A stretch of 64,000 nucleotides of DNA from Myxococcota bacterium (GCA_039030515.1 JBCCEA010000010.1:66374-130373); one strand, 5' to 3'; shown: positions 46,101 to 56,670, numbered from the stretch's first letter. Program-made: numbers and translations. Notes: generated by a model not told the origin, from the letters alone.

Positions 46101-49100
46101 GAGATGCCAACGAATTTGAGAAGTTGATCGGTGTTTGTGAAATACAGGCACAACACGCCAGCTCTCCAGACCGTAAGGTCGAACTGCTACACCAGATTAG
46201 CGAGCTTCACGAGGTGGCTCTTGATGATCCTGCGGCAGCGTTTGACGCAATGTCTCGTGCGTTCCTGGAGGATCCGGCAAATCCCTCTACCCAAGATGAC
46301 CTCGAGCGGTTGGTGCTTCTCACTGGAGACGCGGAGGCGCATGCGCTGATCTATGAATCTCGAGTGAGTTCGGTGGAAGAACCGACGCTCGCGGCGCAGC
46401 TCTACGTCAAGGCGGCTCACATAAGAGAGGAGCAACTGGGTGACGTGCCTCGTGCGGTGGCCCACTACAAACGAGTCTTTGAGTACGACGACCAGCATTT
46501 GGAAGCCGCAACTGCCCTGGAACGCCTGTATCAACTCTCGGAACAGTACGATGAGCTGGCCGGCATCTACCTGAAGAAGTCGGGGATGCTTACCTCGATT
46601 GAAGATCAGAAGGTGCATCTCTTTCAGGCTGGCGCGATTTACGAGGAGATACTGGAGCTTCCTCTTGAGGCGATTCGTGTATATGACCGAGTTCTCGAGA
46701 TCGATCCGGAAGATTTACCGGCACTAGATAAGCTTATCGAGCTCTACTTGAGACTTGAGAACTGGGAACAGCTTCTCGGCGTATATACCCGTAAGGCCGA
46801 AATCGTCGTCGATGCGGAGGATAAAAAGCGTCTTTACGTCGAGGTGGGCGCTGTTTACGAGCGGGAAGTTGGAAATACCGATAAGGCGATCGATACCTAC
46901 CAGCGAATTCTTGAAATCGATCCCGACGATCTAACCGCGATTGGCCGGCTTGATGCACTCTATCAAGCTACCGAGAACTGGCAGGAGCTGCTCAGCGTGC
47001 TGGAGCGCGAAGCCGATCTCGCTGTCGAGCCTATCGAGGTGATCAGCTACCGATATCGGATTGCTGAGCTTTGGCATCATCGCCTTGATGACTCTCTCCG
47101 AGCAGTCGATATTTATCAGGATATTCTCGAGGTGATTCCGGAGCACGAACCGACGCTCGCGGCGTTAGAGCTGATGATCTCGAGCGGAACGGAAGCCGTA
47201 GCCGCGGCGGGCGTACTCGAATCTGTCTATCGGCAACTCAGTGCGTGGTCGCAGCTTATCGCAATCCTTGAAGTGCAAGTTCGTCACGAAGAGGAATCGC
47301 TGCGCAAAGTACAGCTGCTTCATCAAGTGGCAAGTCTCTACGAACTCGAGTTGCACCAAAGCGCGGAAGCCTTTGATGCTTTTGCGCGAGCACTTCCTTT
47401 AGACAGCACGGACGACCACACTCTCTCTTCCATCGAGCGTTTTGCAGAGCAGCACGAGAATTGGTCCGACTTGGTAAGGCTGTATGACTTGGAAGTGGAA
47501 AGGAATAGGGAAGACGCTCCAGATCGAGTTGTCGATTTAGCGCTTCGAGCCGCGAAGATCTCGGAGGTGCGGCTCGGAGACACGGATGCGGCCATCACAC
47601 GATATCGGATCGTGATCGACGTAGATCCAGCTCATATCCAGGCTATTGAGGCTCTCGATCGTCTCTACGAAGCGACGCAACAATGGGCTGAGCTCGCAGA
47701 AATACTCGATAAAGAGCTCACGGTTGCCGCGACCCCCGATGAAGTGCTGCAGTTTCAGTTTCGCCTTGGTCAAGTGCAGCAGCATCACTTGGGGAATATA
47801 TCTGGGGCTATCGAACAATATCGGGATATTTTAGCCGCTGCCCCTGAGCATCAGCCCGCGCTCAACGCGCTGGAGCTTCTGTTTGCGAATGGTCAAGAGT
47901 CTCTGGTGGTCGGTGAGATTCTTGAGCCTCTGTATCGAATGACCGAGCAATGGGATCGTCTGCTCGTAGTCCATGAAGCGCTCCTCGATCATCAAAACGA
48001 TCTGAATGAACGCATCTCAATGATGCACCGAATGGCGGAGATAGCGGAACACAAGGCCCACGATCAGGCCCAGGCGTTCCTCTGGATGCAGCGTGCACTG
48101 CTCGAAGATCCTACCCACGATCATTCGCAAATGGAGGTGGAACGGCTCGCTCAGCTGCTTGATGGTTGGAGCCAGTTGAGCAGTACGTATGCAGATGTCG
48201 TTATCGATGACTCGAACTCCGAAGTGCGGTCCACGATGGGTCGCCGTCTTGCGCGTGTTTACGAGGAAGAGCTCGGAGACGTAGCCCGGGCGGAAGAGAC
48301 GTACCGCTTTGTGCTTTCTGTAGATAGTCTTGATTCCGATGCTTTATCGGCGCTTGATCGCATCTACACCGAGCATGGTGCCTACGTTGTACTCACCGAG
48401 GTCTTAAAGCGTCGAATCGATGCTACCGATGATCCGGACGATAAGGTTGAGTTGAGTTTTCGACTGGGAACGCTTCTCGACCAAGAATTGAACCACACTC
48501 AGGAAGCGATCTCCGTATTCCGTAGGCTGCTGGACCAACTGAATCCGGATCATACGGAGTCGATCCGAGCGTTGCAGGAAATATACACTCACCAGGCAGA
48601 TTGGCCTAGCCTGTATCAGGCGTTTGAGAAGGAGCTTGACGTCGTCTTTGGTGATCAGGCTCAGTCACAGATCGTCGGTCGTATGGCACGGCTTGCGGCG
48701 GAGAAGTTGGGCGATGCGTCCCGAGGCGTTGAGCTATGGAAGCGAGTTCTCGATTTGCGAGGCGAAGATCCTGAAGCACTCAACGCACTCGGGGATATTT
48801 ACGCAAGTCAAGAGAACTGGCGTGACGCTGTCGACATGCTCGAGCGAGAAGTCAATGTCGTCGATGATGACTCATTGCGTGTGTCCATTTACGAGGATCT
48901 TGGTTGCATTTGGTATGAAAAGCTAAATAGAGATCGTAATGCTCTAGAAAGTTGGGAGCGTGTACTCGATATCGACCCTACCAACACGACAGCTCTCTTT
49001 CGAGTCGCTGATATTTTTCGAAATGGAAAACAGCATCATGAAGTCGTCGACACACTTCACCGTATTATCGATGTCGGAGCCGCACTGCTTGGGGATTCAG

Positions 49101-52100
49101 AGCTCGAAGGCGTGTATACGCAGCTCGCTCAGCTCTACTTTCATGAGCTGAAGCAGCCTACAGACGCGATAGACGCGTACCGACACGCGCTTGATATCAA
49201 TCCAACCAACTTCGAGACGATCGACTCCATAGAATATATTCACCGAGAGGAATCCCAATGGGTGGAGGCTATTGAGATCATGGAGCTCAGGGTCTCTGTT
49301 CAGGAAGAGCTAGAGGACAAGATCAGGGGGCTATTGGGAATAGCCCAGATGTGGGCCGAGAAGGTTGGCAACGAAGACGGTGGCACAAGTGCATTTGCCC
49401 GGGTGCTAGAGCACAACCCTTCGCATCAGGTCGCCTTTGAGCGTTTGGAAGCTTTGCATGTTGCAGCCTCGCGCTGGGCAGACTTAATCGAACTTTACGT
49501 GGGCCGTGTGGAGTCCACAGATGATGTGCGAGAAAGTGTTGTCCTGCTGCGGCGGATTGCCAAGGTTCATGAGACGGAGCTTGAGGACTTGAACGAAGCC
49601 TTCGATGCACTCGCGCTTGCTTGGCAGTTGGATTACGAGGACGAGCAAACCTCCATAGAGCTTGAGAGGGTTACCGCGGCGGGAAACCGATGGAATGATC
49701 TACTGACTACCGCAAACCAGGCGCTAAAGGACGTTGCCGAGCCTACATTACAAATTGCCATCTGCCTGAATTGCGCGAAGTGGTACGGCCAAGAGCTAAA
49801 TCATCCTGAATACGCGATTCCTTACTACCAACAAATACTGACTCTTGACGCCGGCAATGTTCCCGCCATGAGGCAAATGGCGGAGCTATACCGTACGACG
49901 CAGCAGTGGGAGACCTTGGGTCAGGTGTTGGCGCGTCTTGTCGACATCACGGACGATCCTGCAGTGCGTGCCGATACCTACGTACAAATGGGTGATCTTT
50001 GCGGTAAGCGACTTGCTCAACCAGATCAAGCAAGGGCCTACTATCAGCGAGCGCTCGAGACTGAACCTAGCAGTCTTGGCGCAATGGAAGCACTGGAGAG
50101 TATCTATCTGGAAGCGGGAGAATGGCATGCTCTGCTCAAGGTACAGAAGCAGAAAGCGAGCGTTCTCACGGATCCAAATGAACTCCAGACAGCGAGGTTG
50201 CGCGTTGCTGAAACATATGAAGACAGGCTTCAAGACGTAGAGTCGGCGATCGCCGAGTATCGCCTGGTTCTTGAGGAGGATAATCTGAATATTTCCTCCA
50301 TGAAGGGCTTGGAGCGTCTGTATGCGCGAGCAGAGCTATGGCAGGAACTGCTTGGGATTCTCGAGCTGCAGTACGACGTGGTCACGACGGAAAAAGAGCG
50401 CATACACATACTCGCTCGCGTTGCCTCGATGTACGAAGAGCAGTTCGTTAAGCCCGATAAAGCTGCGGAGCGATTAGAACAGATTCTGGATATCGACCCT
50501 ATTCAGACCGAGGCGCTCCATGGACTGGCGCGACTCTATCGCAATGTGCGGCGATGGGATGACCTGATTCAGACGTATGAGCGGCATATTTCGGTCACCT
50601 CGGATCGTGAAGAAAAGATTCGCATCTTTAGATCCGTAGGCGATGTCTACGCTACAGAACTAGAGGACCTGGATCGCGCTATCGATTCCTACTTGAACGT
50701 TATCTCCATCGACGATAGCGACATTGAGGCCCTGGATGCGCTTACGCGTCTCTACGAGAAGCGGGGTGACTATCCGAGTGCCCTCGAGATGATGGAGCAG
50801 TTGGCTCACTTGCTCGGCGACCCGGAGCAGCAGGTAGACCTGAGGTTCCGCATGGGACGGATTCAGGACGAGCATCTGGGAGACCGACACGCCGCGCTTG
50901 AGTATTATCAAGGGGCTATCGATATCGACCCTGGTCATTTGCCGTCGTTGGAACTGATGCGAAGTATCCATATCGACTCGGGTGACTGGTTGGCTGCTGC
51001 ACGCAGCTTGCAGCAGGAGGCTGAATATCAGGAAAATCCGCGAATCGTCGCGCGTCTTCTGGTGCAGTTAGGGCAACTCTTTCAGGAACGTTTGGATGAG
51101 CCGGCTCAGGCACTTCAGGTCTTTGAGCAGGCTTTTGAAAAAGATCCTGATAACGAAGACGCTGCGCTTCCCCTGGCAGAGGAGTACTTTGCACAGGAGC
51201 GTTTCGCGCACGCATTCCCCTTACTGGACTTGTTGGTGAAGTTATCCAGCAAGCGCGATGCAGCGGATCAACACCGGTTGGCTTTTATGCTTGGAGAGAC
51301 GGCTTCCAGACTCGATGCCGATGAAGATGCGATCAAAGCATATACAAAGGCGTTTCAAGTCGACTCGACGCACTTGCCGTCACTCATCGGTCTTGCGTCT
51401 GCATACTATCGAATAGCGGACTGGGATAACGCCTTTAAGTTTTTTCAAATGCTGCTGGTACATCATCGTGACTATCTCGATAAGGAACAAATCACTGAGA
51501 TTTTTTGCCGACTCGGCATGATCAAGCGTGAGCAAGGAGAACGTCGTAAAGCTCTAAATATGTTTGACAAAGCTTTAGAAGAAGATGCCTTTCATCGTCC
51601 TACTCTTGAAGCGGTTATCGATCTCTACGAAACCGACCAAGAGTGGGAACAGGTGATCCACTTCAAAAAGCAGCTGCTCGTGATCGCTCATGAAGAGGAC
51701 GAGCGTTCTTTGCTTCTTGAGGAAATCGGAGACCTCTGGAAGGAAAAGCTAGGTAACAACCAAAAGTCCATCGAAGCCTGGTCCGAAGCCTCTACTTCGA
51801 AGCCAGACGATCATCGGATTCTCCACAAGCTTCTCGTTGGATATCAGGAGACGCGTCAGTGGCAGAAAGCCATCGATGCCATTGAGCACATTAGCGAACT
51901 AGATAGTCGGCCCACTGCGAAAGCAAAATATGCTTATACAGTAGCTGTCATTTATCGGGATGAGTTGAAAGATGCCGACAGTGCAATTGCAAAGCTCAAT
52001 GAGTCTCTCGATCTAGACCATAGTCAGCTCAAGGCATTTGAGGCTATCAATAAGATCCTGAACCAGACAAAGGACTGGAAGCAACTAGAACGGGCCTTTC

Positions 52101-53323
52101 GTAAGATGCTGCATCGCATCTTGGGGAAGGGTGATACAGACCTCGAGTTTAACCTCTGGCATAACCTAGGTATTATCTACCGCGATCGCCAACGTGACTA
52201 CGAAGCTGCCGCAGAGGCTTTTCGTATGGCGAGTGCCAATAAACCCGAAGACCCAACCGAACATCAAATACTGGCTGAGCTTTATAGTATTGTCGATGGC
52301 GCGACAGATAAGGCAATTGCGGAGCATCAATGGCTACTTCGACAAGACCCCCATCGGGTAGAGAGCTATCAAGCACTGTACAAACTCTATTTTGATGCGC
52401 GCGCTTACGATAAAGCTTGGTGTCTTGCTTCTACTCTCTCTTTCCTAAAGAAGGCAGACGCTGAGCAGCAGCAGTTCTGCTCACAATACAAGCAAGGGGG
52501 AATGATTCGACCGAACAATCGAGTCGACAATACCACATGGCTCAAGGACCTTTTTCATCCGCAGGAGGATCTTTTTGTTTCCAAAATGATGGAGGCGCTT
52601 GCGCCTGCGGTGCATGCAGCGAAAATGTCAAACGACAAGGCCTTACGGCTTCACAAAAAGTTTCTCCACGATCCAGCCTCTTCGACAGTAACGTTTGCAA
52701 GAACTTTTGGCTTTGTAAGTCAAGTCCTGAACGTGCCCATCGTTCCGCGTCTTTATCTGCAAAGCGAAGCTCAAGGCGGGCTGATGCACGTTCCGGGGAG
52801 TTCACCCCCCGCAATCGTTTGCGGTGCTACTTTGCTTCAAGGGTTTAGTCCTCAGGATTTGGCTTTCATTATCGGTCGCTATCTCGCTTACTACCGCCCC
52901 GAGCACTTTATCCGCACGATGATCACCAGCCATACCGAGCTTCGAATGATCCTTCTGGCCGGACTGGCCCTGGCTGGAGTGGGACCTCAAGATCCAGCGG
53001 TAATGCAGACCGCTGCTCAGCTTCAGAGCAAACTGCAGCAGACTCAGGTTGACGCCGTCCGAGGTGTAGCGCGCAAGTTCGTAGATGCGGGTGCACACAC
53101 CGACATCAAGGCTTGGATGCAGCACGTAGAGTTGACCGCTATTCGTGCAGGCTTTGTGGTATGCGGCGACCTCGAAGTCGCGAGTCGCGTAATTCGTCAG
53201 CTGCCTCCAGAGGGTTCTATCGATTTGCCTCCCAATGAGAAAACAAAAGACCTGGTACTCTTCAGTGTTTCAGAGAACTACTTCAGTCTGCGTGAAAAGC
53301 TTGGTATCCAGATTCAAGTCTAA
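43187..53323 (+). CDS. agmK: Giant cytoplasmic TPR protein, AgmK/GltI-type (3378 aa)
   Basis: Dozens of repeats of the type AL..L..LY....W..L..VL; no signal peptide; downstream of gltDEFG as in the M. xanthus cluster. Confidence 0.7.
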   Translation: MSQGGAVSEEDLSEPNEIETVEEDADAAPGDVESEVPRELTDADRAKLSELDEEIAKFEGQKRWSDVVRRVLAKVDIVVDQAEQVALLRQAGMLYLERSSNQAEAIKCFERLLKLEPRNTGALTRLEQMYEKRRDWEKLVRVRQQAAELMDELDRPLVYLEIAKLASQRLRKPQVCIDLWQQVLGVDPDNPEALEELSTLYERSREWEPLAKVLEQISQGERNEATLKQQLQKLGTIYADKIGDDSAAVHAFQRLLELDPEDRRAQEQLKRRFVALRAWDQLEAFYAQSDKWDELIRIFEREAEGTEIESSDRIALLFRAAKLWQENKEKPERAARAYEKVLAIDPSNLKAAEALSPIYEKSSDAKKLVAVYEVRLQHFEDSYDAVPLLRETAMLYEERLRDLPTAFEKHLQAFAAQPYQESVREDVERVANEIDGGWERLTEAYRSAIQDSVKPDHQIELRMSFGAVLRRVGRIEESIEQFRAVYASNDGHQRAIHALGELYRQTGQYRELMEIYERRMELEVDLEVQRDIAYSRASLLHRELSDPAAAIRSYSEILEKYGNGEADAFRALDELYFSQEMWPELASILARRIELGPESHEELAALNFRLGRTLQEHLDEKARAIELFRQVLTLMPEHDGARESLESLLGDAEVGVDAAMILEPHYESREDYQSLIGAIRVLHGGSDRAEERLGYLTKIGDIYANFLHDTSKAFDAFAEAVREMPESEETLSRLEVFALEQDRFRELVELVGALAAAVDDPVLSRSLWTRAARMYEEQLDELDGAVVCYGKCLDLDPGDIEVLHALEVLYRRTERWAHLVSVLHRRAEVSSDVVEQEELLSQIAVIHDQSLQDPSSAITTFKHILELDPTSARALSALDDLYARQEMWAELADNVDRQLELATDEAQSTSLMLRLAALRETRMGAADAAIEIYRDVLDRNPRNPEALVALERLIQDDRYQSTITETLEPIYRDANEFEKLIGVCEIQAQHASSPDRKVELLHQISELHEVALDDPAAAFDAMSRAFLEDPANPSTQDDLERLVLLTGDAEAHALIYESRVSSVEEPTLAAQLYVKAAHIREEQLGDVPRAVAHYKRVFEYDDQHLEAATALERLYQLSEQYDELAGIYLKKSGMLTSIEDQKVHLFQAGAIYEEILELPLEAIRVYDRVLEIDPEDLPALDKLIELYLRLENWEQLLGVYTRKAEIVVDAEDKKRLYVEVGAVYEREVGNTDKAIDTYQRILEIDPDDLTAIGRLDALYQATENWQELLSVLEREADLAVEPIEVISYRYRIAELWHHRLDDSLRAVDIYQDILEVIPEHEPTLAALELMISSGTEAVAAAGVLESVYRQLSAWSQLIAILEVQVRHEEESLRKVQLLHQVASLYELELHQSAEAFDAFARALPLDSTDDHTLSSIERFAEQHENWSDLVRLYDLEVERNREDAPDRVVDLALRAAKISEVRLGDTDAAITRYRIVIDVDPAHIQAIEALDRLYEATQQWAELAEILDKELTVAATPDEVLQFQFRLGQVQQHHLGNISGAIEQYRDILAAAPEHQPALNALELLFANGQESLVVGEILEPLYRMTEQWDRLLVVHEALLDHQNDLNERISMMHRMAEIAEHKAHDQAQAFLWMQRALLEDPTHDHSQMEVERLAQLLDGWSQLSSTYADVVIDDSNSEVRSTMGRRLARVYEEELGDVARAEETYRFVLSVDSLDSDALSALDRIYTEHGAYVVLTEVLKRRIDATDDPDDKVELSFRLGTLLDQELNHTQEAISVFRRLLDQLNPDHTESIRALQEIYTHQADWPSLYQAFEKELDVVFGDQAQSQIVGRMARLAAEKLGDASRGVELWKRVLDLRGEDPEALNALGDIYASQENWRDAVDMLEREVNVVDDDSLRVSIYEDLGCIWYEKLNRDRNALESWERVLDIDPTNTTALFRVADIFRNGKQHHEVVDTLHRIIDVGAALLGDSELEGVYTQLAQLYFHELKQPTDAIDAYRHALDINPTNFETIDSIEYIHREESQWVEAIEIMELRVSVQEELEDKIRGLLGIAQMWAEKVGNEDGGTSAFARVLEHNPSHQVAFERLEALHVAASRWADLIELYVGRVESTDDVRESVVLLRRIAKVHETELEDLNEAFDALALAWQLDYEDEQTSIELERVTAAGNRWNDLLTTANQALKDVAEPTLQIAICLNCAKWYGQELNHPEYAIPYYQQILTLDAGNVPAMRQMAELYRTTQQWETLGQVLARLVDITDDPAVRADTYVQMGDLCGKRLAQPDQARAYYQRALETEPSSLGAMEALESIYLEAGEWHALLKVQKQKASVLTDPNELQTARLRVAETYEDRLQDVESAIAEYRLVLEEDNLNISSMKGLERLYARAELWQELLGILELQYDVVTTEKERIHILARVASMYEEQFVKPDKAAERLEQILDIDPIQTEALHGLARLYRNVRRWDDLIQTYERHISVTSDREEKIRIFRSVGDVYATELEDLDRAIDSYLNVISIDDSDIEALDALTRLYEKRGDYPSALEMMEQLAHLLGDPEQQVDLRFRMGRIQDEHLGDRHAALEYYQGAIDIDPGHLPSLELMRSIHIDSGDWLAAARSLQQEAEYQENPRIVARLLVQLGQLFQERLDEPAQALQVFEQAFEKDPDNEDAALPLAEEYFAQERFAHAFPLLDLLVKLSSKRDAADQHRLAFMLGETASRLDADEDAIKAYTKAFQVDSTHLPSLIGLASAYYRIADWDNAFKFFQMLLVHHRDYLDKEQITEIFCRLGMIKREQGERRKALNMFDKALEEDAFHRPTLEAVIDLYETDQEWEQVIHFKKQLLVIAHEEDERSLLLEEIGDLWKEKLGNNQKSIEAWSEASTSKPDDHRILHKLLVGYQETRQWQKAIDAIEHISELDSRPTAKAKYAYTVAVIYRDELKDADSAIAKLNESLDLDHSQLKAFEAINKILNQTKDWKQLERAFRKMLHRILGKGDTDLEFNLWHNLGIIYRDRQRDYEAAAEAFRMASANKPEDPTEHQILAELYSIVDGATDKAIAEHQWLLRQDPHRVESYQALYKLYFDARAYDKAWCLASTLSFLKKADAEQQQFCSQYKQGGMIRPNNRVDNTTWLKDLFHPQEDLFVSKMMEALAPAVHAAKMSNDKALRLHKKFLHDPASSTVTFARTFGFVSQVLNVPIVPRLYLQSEAQGGLMHVPGSSPPAIVCGATLLQGFSPQDLAFIIGRYLAYYRPEHFIRTMITSHTELRMILLAGLALAGVGPQDPAVMQTAAQLQSKLQQTQVDAVRGVARKFVDAGAHTDIKAWMQHVELTAIRAGFVVCGDLEVASRVIRQLPPEGSIDLPPNEKTKDLVLFSVSENYFSLREKLGIQIQV

Positions 53324-53470
53324 ATGACGATGCACTCGTTCCGAGAAGACTTATTCCAAGCTGCCTTGCGCTCCTTCGAGAAGACTGCAGTGCCGTACCC
53401 GGTTAGGCTTCGAAAGCCGTCGCGCTGACCCCCACAGGTTTAAAAAGCAACTCAGGCAAGAGAGAATGCT

Positions 53471-56368
53471 TTAGGGATTCTCAGTTGCGGAGAAATCTAG
53501 AGGAGTACGAGGAAATGAGGTCAAGGCTTCTCGAGGGATGAGCCGCCGGACGAGGGCATCTTCGATAAGAAAGAATATTTCGACTGCCTGGCCCGGGGGG
53601 CCTTCTAGCGCCTCGATCGCCATTTCTAGATCTGTGACTTCCCACCCGTCTATGTAGGCGATCTCTGTCCCCGGCCGAATGCCCTGCGCCTGAGCGCTGG
53701 ATCCCGGGGCTATTTCGGTGACAACGATGGTTCCATTACGGTAACCAAGTTTGAAAGGAACGCCGTAGTGGATGGATTCTGTGTGGCCTGCTGCTGAATC
53801 TGCGTACGCACGAAATGCAAGGTCGATCCGTACTTCTTCGTCTGCATGCACTTGAACTGTTTCGGAAAGAGTGGCTCCCAGTGCATCGTGGATCGCGAAA
53901 ACCCTATGCGTCCCTTGCCTTATACGCAGTAAACGGAAATCCCCGCGTACGTTTGATTTCACTGGAGGAATCCCCTCCACAATAACGGTCGCGTCTGAAA
54001 CCCGTTGCCCATTTCGGTCCGTGACCGTTCCACGGATACGTCCGGCAGGGCTTAAGTAGATGGGTTCGATCTCTTTGGATTCCAAATCATTGGAGCTTAA
54101 GCGGACTGGTCGCTGCTCGCCTAAGAACGAGTCGTGTTGAACCTCGAGAGTAAACTCCCCGATACTGAGACGAGAAAAATAGAATCTGCCTCCCTCGTCG
54201 CTTTCGGTACTACGCAGTAGGGTTTTGCCTTTGAGTATCCTGAGGGTGGCATTCGATATAGGTGTCTGAGTCCAAGCGTTTGCGACCGACCCTATGAGTG
54301 TTTTCGCGCGTTCCAGTCGAACTTCGAACGGCTCCTCTCCGCGATCCCAGGTCAACTCGGTGACAGCAAACGATGGATGGTTGACTCGGAACACCCAAGG
54401 CGGCTCAGGTAAGTTACTGGACTCGAATGTTCCATCTGAACCAGATCTTAGAGTTTTTGTCGGGATGTAGGGCCGACCCTCTGCGCTGACGCGAATGGAC
54501 GCACCTTCGATCGGATAGCCATGGATATCGAGGATACGACCGTAGGAGACGCTGGAGCTATCGGGTACGATCAGCTCGATCTCATGAGAAACTCCGGCTT
54601 CGACAACCACCGATACGCGCGCAGCGGAGGAGCTGAAAGGCATCGCAGTGATCCAGATTTTACCCACGATGCCGTCGATACCGAAGGTCCCGTCCTCTTT
54701 AGCGGCTAGGGCGCTGGGAGTGCGGTTGTCTAGCGCTTGCCAATGAATTGGCGCTTGGGGTAGCGGATATCCTCGGGCGTCTTTAATGCGACCAACGATA
54801 TGCCCTGCTCGAGGCATCCGTAGTTCCACGGGTTCGTACATCTGGCCGGATTCCAGAGAAATCGCGTTCGAACGCGTCACAGCGTAGTCTGGATGGTACA
54901 CTTCAAGTTGCACTGAACCAGCAGGTAAATCTTCGATCATGAAGATGCCTGCATCGTCAGTCTTATGTGATGAAGTACTTCGCGCATCCGTCCCGCGACT
55001 CTGAATCGAGTCGGTAATCGGAGGTGTGTTTTGCGCCACAACCCCTAAGTTTGCTGGATTTAGCCAGGTAGGGTGGCCCTCTTGAAGTTGGCGTAGGTTC
55101 GATGGAAAGCCTTCCGCTGTCGCACCCTGGTTCACGAAGGCATCCGCCAGAACTACTGCGGTGTTGTCCAAGTGGCGAACATAGATACTCGCGTCGACGA
55201 TTGGGAAGCCTCGCGTGTCGATAACCCGGCCCCGCACGGCAGCACTTCGCGTCAAATACACCGTAGGACGTGGTTGCCCGGGCGACCAGGCCGCCAAGAC
55301 TGAGATGCGTCCCGCTGCCTCAACTTGAAAACGAAGGGAGGATGATGGAAGTCCAGCGAGAGAGAACGCGCCATCGCTTCTAGTGCGCGCGGCGCGTGGT
55401 ACGCCGCCCAAGCCTCGAGGAGTCGCGGTGATCCTTGCGTTTTCAATCGGGTCGTCGGTGGTCGGGTCTCGAACCCAGCCGCTCAGGGTAACGCCCCTCT
55501 CCAGGCGAAGTTCTAAAATGCCGTCGCCCTCGTAGGGCACCTGCACCCCTGCGAGAACTTGTGAAATCTCGATGCCTCTTTGTGCGTAAAGCTCGTAGAC
55601 GCCTGCAGGTACCTGAGGAAACTCGAAATGACCGTCGATGGATTTGATCCGTCTTGGCGGCCAGATTCCGCTTCCAACGACAATCACGTCAGCGTGTGCT
55701 GCGGGTGCGCCGTCTGACTGACGAACCATGCCCGAGAGCATTGCTGGACGTTCCAGAGTTAGTGCGACCGACTCCACGGGAGGAGTGACTCGGGCGCACG
55801 ATGCGACATGAGCCGGGTGGGTCGCGCACAACGTCAGCTCTTGCCTGGGAGCTGCCGGGATAAAGAAGTTACCCTCGGCGTTACTTCTGCAGTTAAGCAA
55901 CGAGAGCGTTCGACCGTTTTGCCTTACGCTTATCGCCGCCTCTGGGATACCAATTCCCTTGGCGTTTCGTACCTGACCGCCGATGAGAGCTCCCGCGTAT
56001 AGGGGAATCCTTATCGTTCCTGGAACCTCTGCGCGAATTTGAGTGGGGCCGTGATCGGAATGGATCACCTCCAAGTCCACAGGCCCCTTCACGGTAGCGA
56101 TACGGAGCTGTCCGTTTTCTCCCGTCTTGGTTTTGGTGCGCCCCACGTGTCCAGGGGTCTTGATGATCACCGTGGCCCTGGACGCCGGATAGCCGTGTCT
56201 GTCCACAGCGAGAAGTGTAAGGAATGCCTCTGCGGGATCTGCCGCCTCAGACTTTTCGTCCCGATCCCAAGCGCGCCTGGGTCTAGGATTCATCTGAGAA
56301 GTTTCGAGGAAACCGCAAACCCCGAGGAAGACGAGGGTCATGAGTGTTTTGGGAACTGCGCGCTGCAT
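53471..56368 (-). CDS. Exported protein with many carboxypeptidase-regulatory-like repeats and a C-terminal PDZ domain
   Basis: Repeated G.V.D..G.PI..A.I / TD..G.F motifs; C-terminal VVTEIAPGSSAQAQGIRPG...IDG...LEGPPG. Confidence 0.85.
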   Translation of the reverse strand: MQRAVPKTLMTLVFLGVCGFLETSQMNPRPRRAWDRDEKSEAADPAEAFLTLLAVDRHGYPASRATVIIKTPGHVGRTKTKTGENGQLRIATVKGPVDLEVIHSDHGPTQIRAEVPGTIRIPLYAGALIGGQVRNAKGIGIPEAAISVRQNGRTLSLLNCRSNAEGNFFIPAAPRQELTLCATHPAHVASCARVTPPVESVALTLERPAMLSGMVRQSDGAPAAHADVIVVGSGIWPPRRIKSIDGHFEFPQVPAGVYELYAQRGIEISQVLAGVQVPYEGDGILELRLERGVTLSGWVRDPTTDDPIENARITATPRGLGGVPRAARTRSDGAFSLAGLPSSSLRFQVEAAGRISVLAAWSPGQPRPTVYLTRSAAVRGRVIDTRGFPIVDASIYVRHLDNTAVVLADAFVNQGATAEGFPSNLRQLQEGHPTWLNPANLGVVAQNTPPITDSIQSRGTDARSTSSHKTDDAGIFMIEDLPAGSVQLEVYHPDYAVTRSNAISLESGQMYEPVELRMPRAGHIVGRIKDARGYPLPQAPIHWQALDNRTPSALAAKEDGTFGIDGIVGKIWITAMPFSSSAARVSVVVEAGVSHEIELIVPDSSSVSYGRILDIHGYPIEGASIRVSAEGRPYIPTKTLRSGSDGTFESSNLPEPPWVFRVNHPSFAVTELTWDRGEEPFEVRLERAKTLIGSVANAWTQTPISNATLRILKGKTLLRSTESDEGGRFYFSRLSIGEFTLEVQHDSFLGEQRPVRLSSNDLESKEIEPIYLSPAGRIRGTVTDRNGQRVSDATVIVEGIPPVKSNVRGDFRLLRIRQGTHRVFAIHDALGATLSETVQVHADEEVRIDLAFRAYADSAAGHTESIHYGVPFKLGYRNGTIVVTEIAPGSSAQAQGIRPGTEIAYIDGWEVTDLEMAIEALEGPPGQAVEIFFLIEDALVRRLIPREALTSFPRTPLDFSATENP

Positions 56369-56670
56369 CGGGTACGGCGTTATCGGACCGTTTGCTGGAC
56401 GCTCCGTGTTTGGCGGCTCGCGACCAATTTTGCTCGTTTGACGATCCTGTCAACTCCGAGGAATCCTGCGACTTTTACCGAGGGACCATGCTCGCCTGGA
56501 AAGAACGGCTCAGCGGGTTCAGTGGCGTATCGCGCTCTCTATGCTCGGTCAGGCTTGCAATAGCTCCACGGGGGTCTTGGATCGCCGTTGTATTCGTGAA
56601 TCTCCCGACATCGCTCTTGCGATGTCCAGCACCAGTGCTAACTAGAGCGAGCTGACCCGGTAGAAAATAA

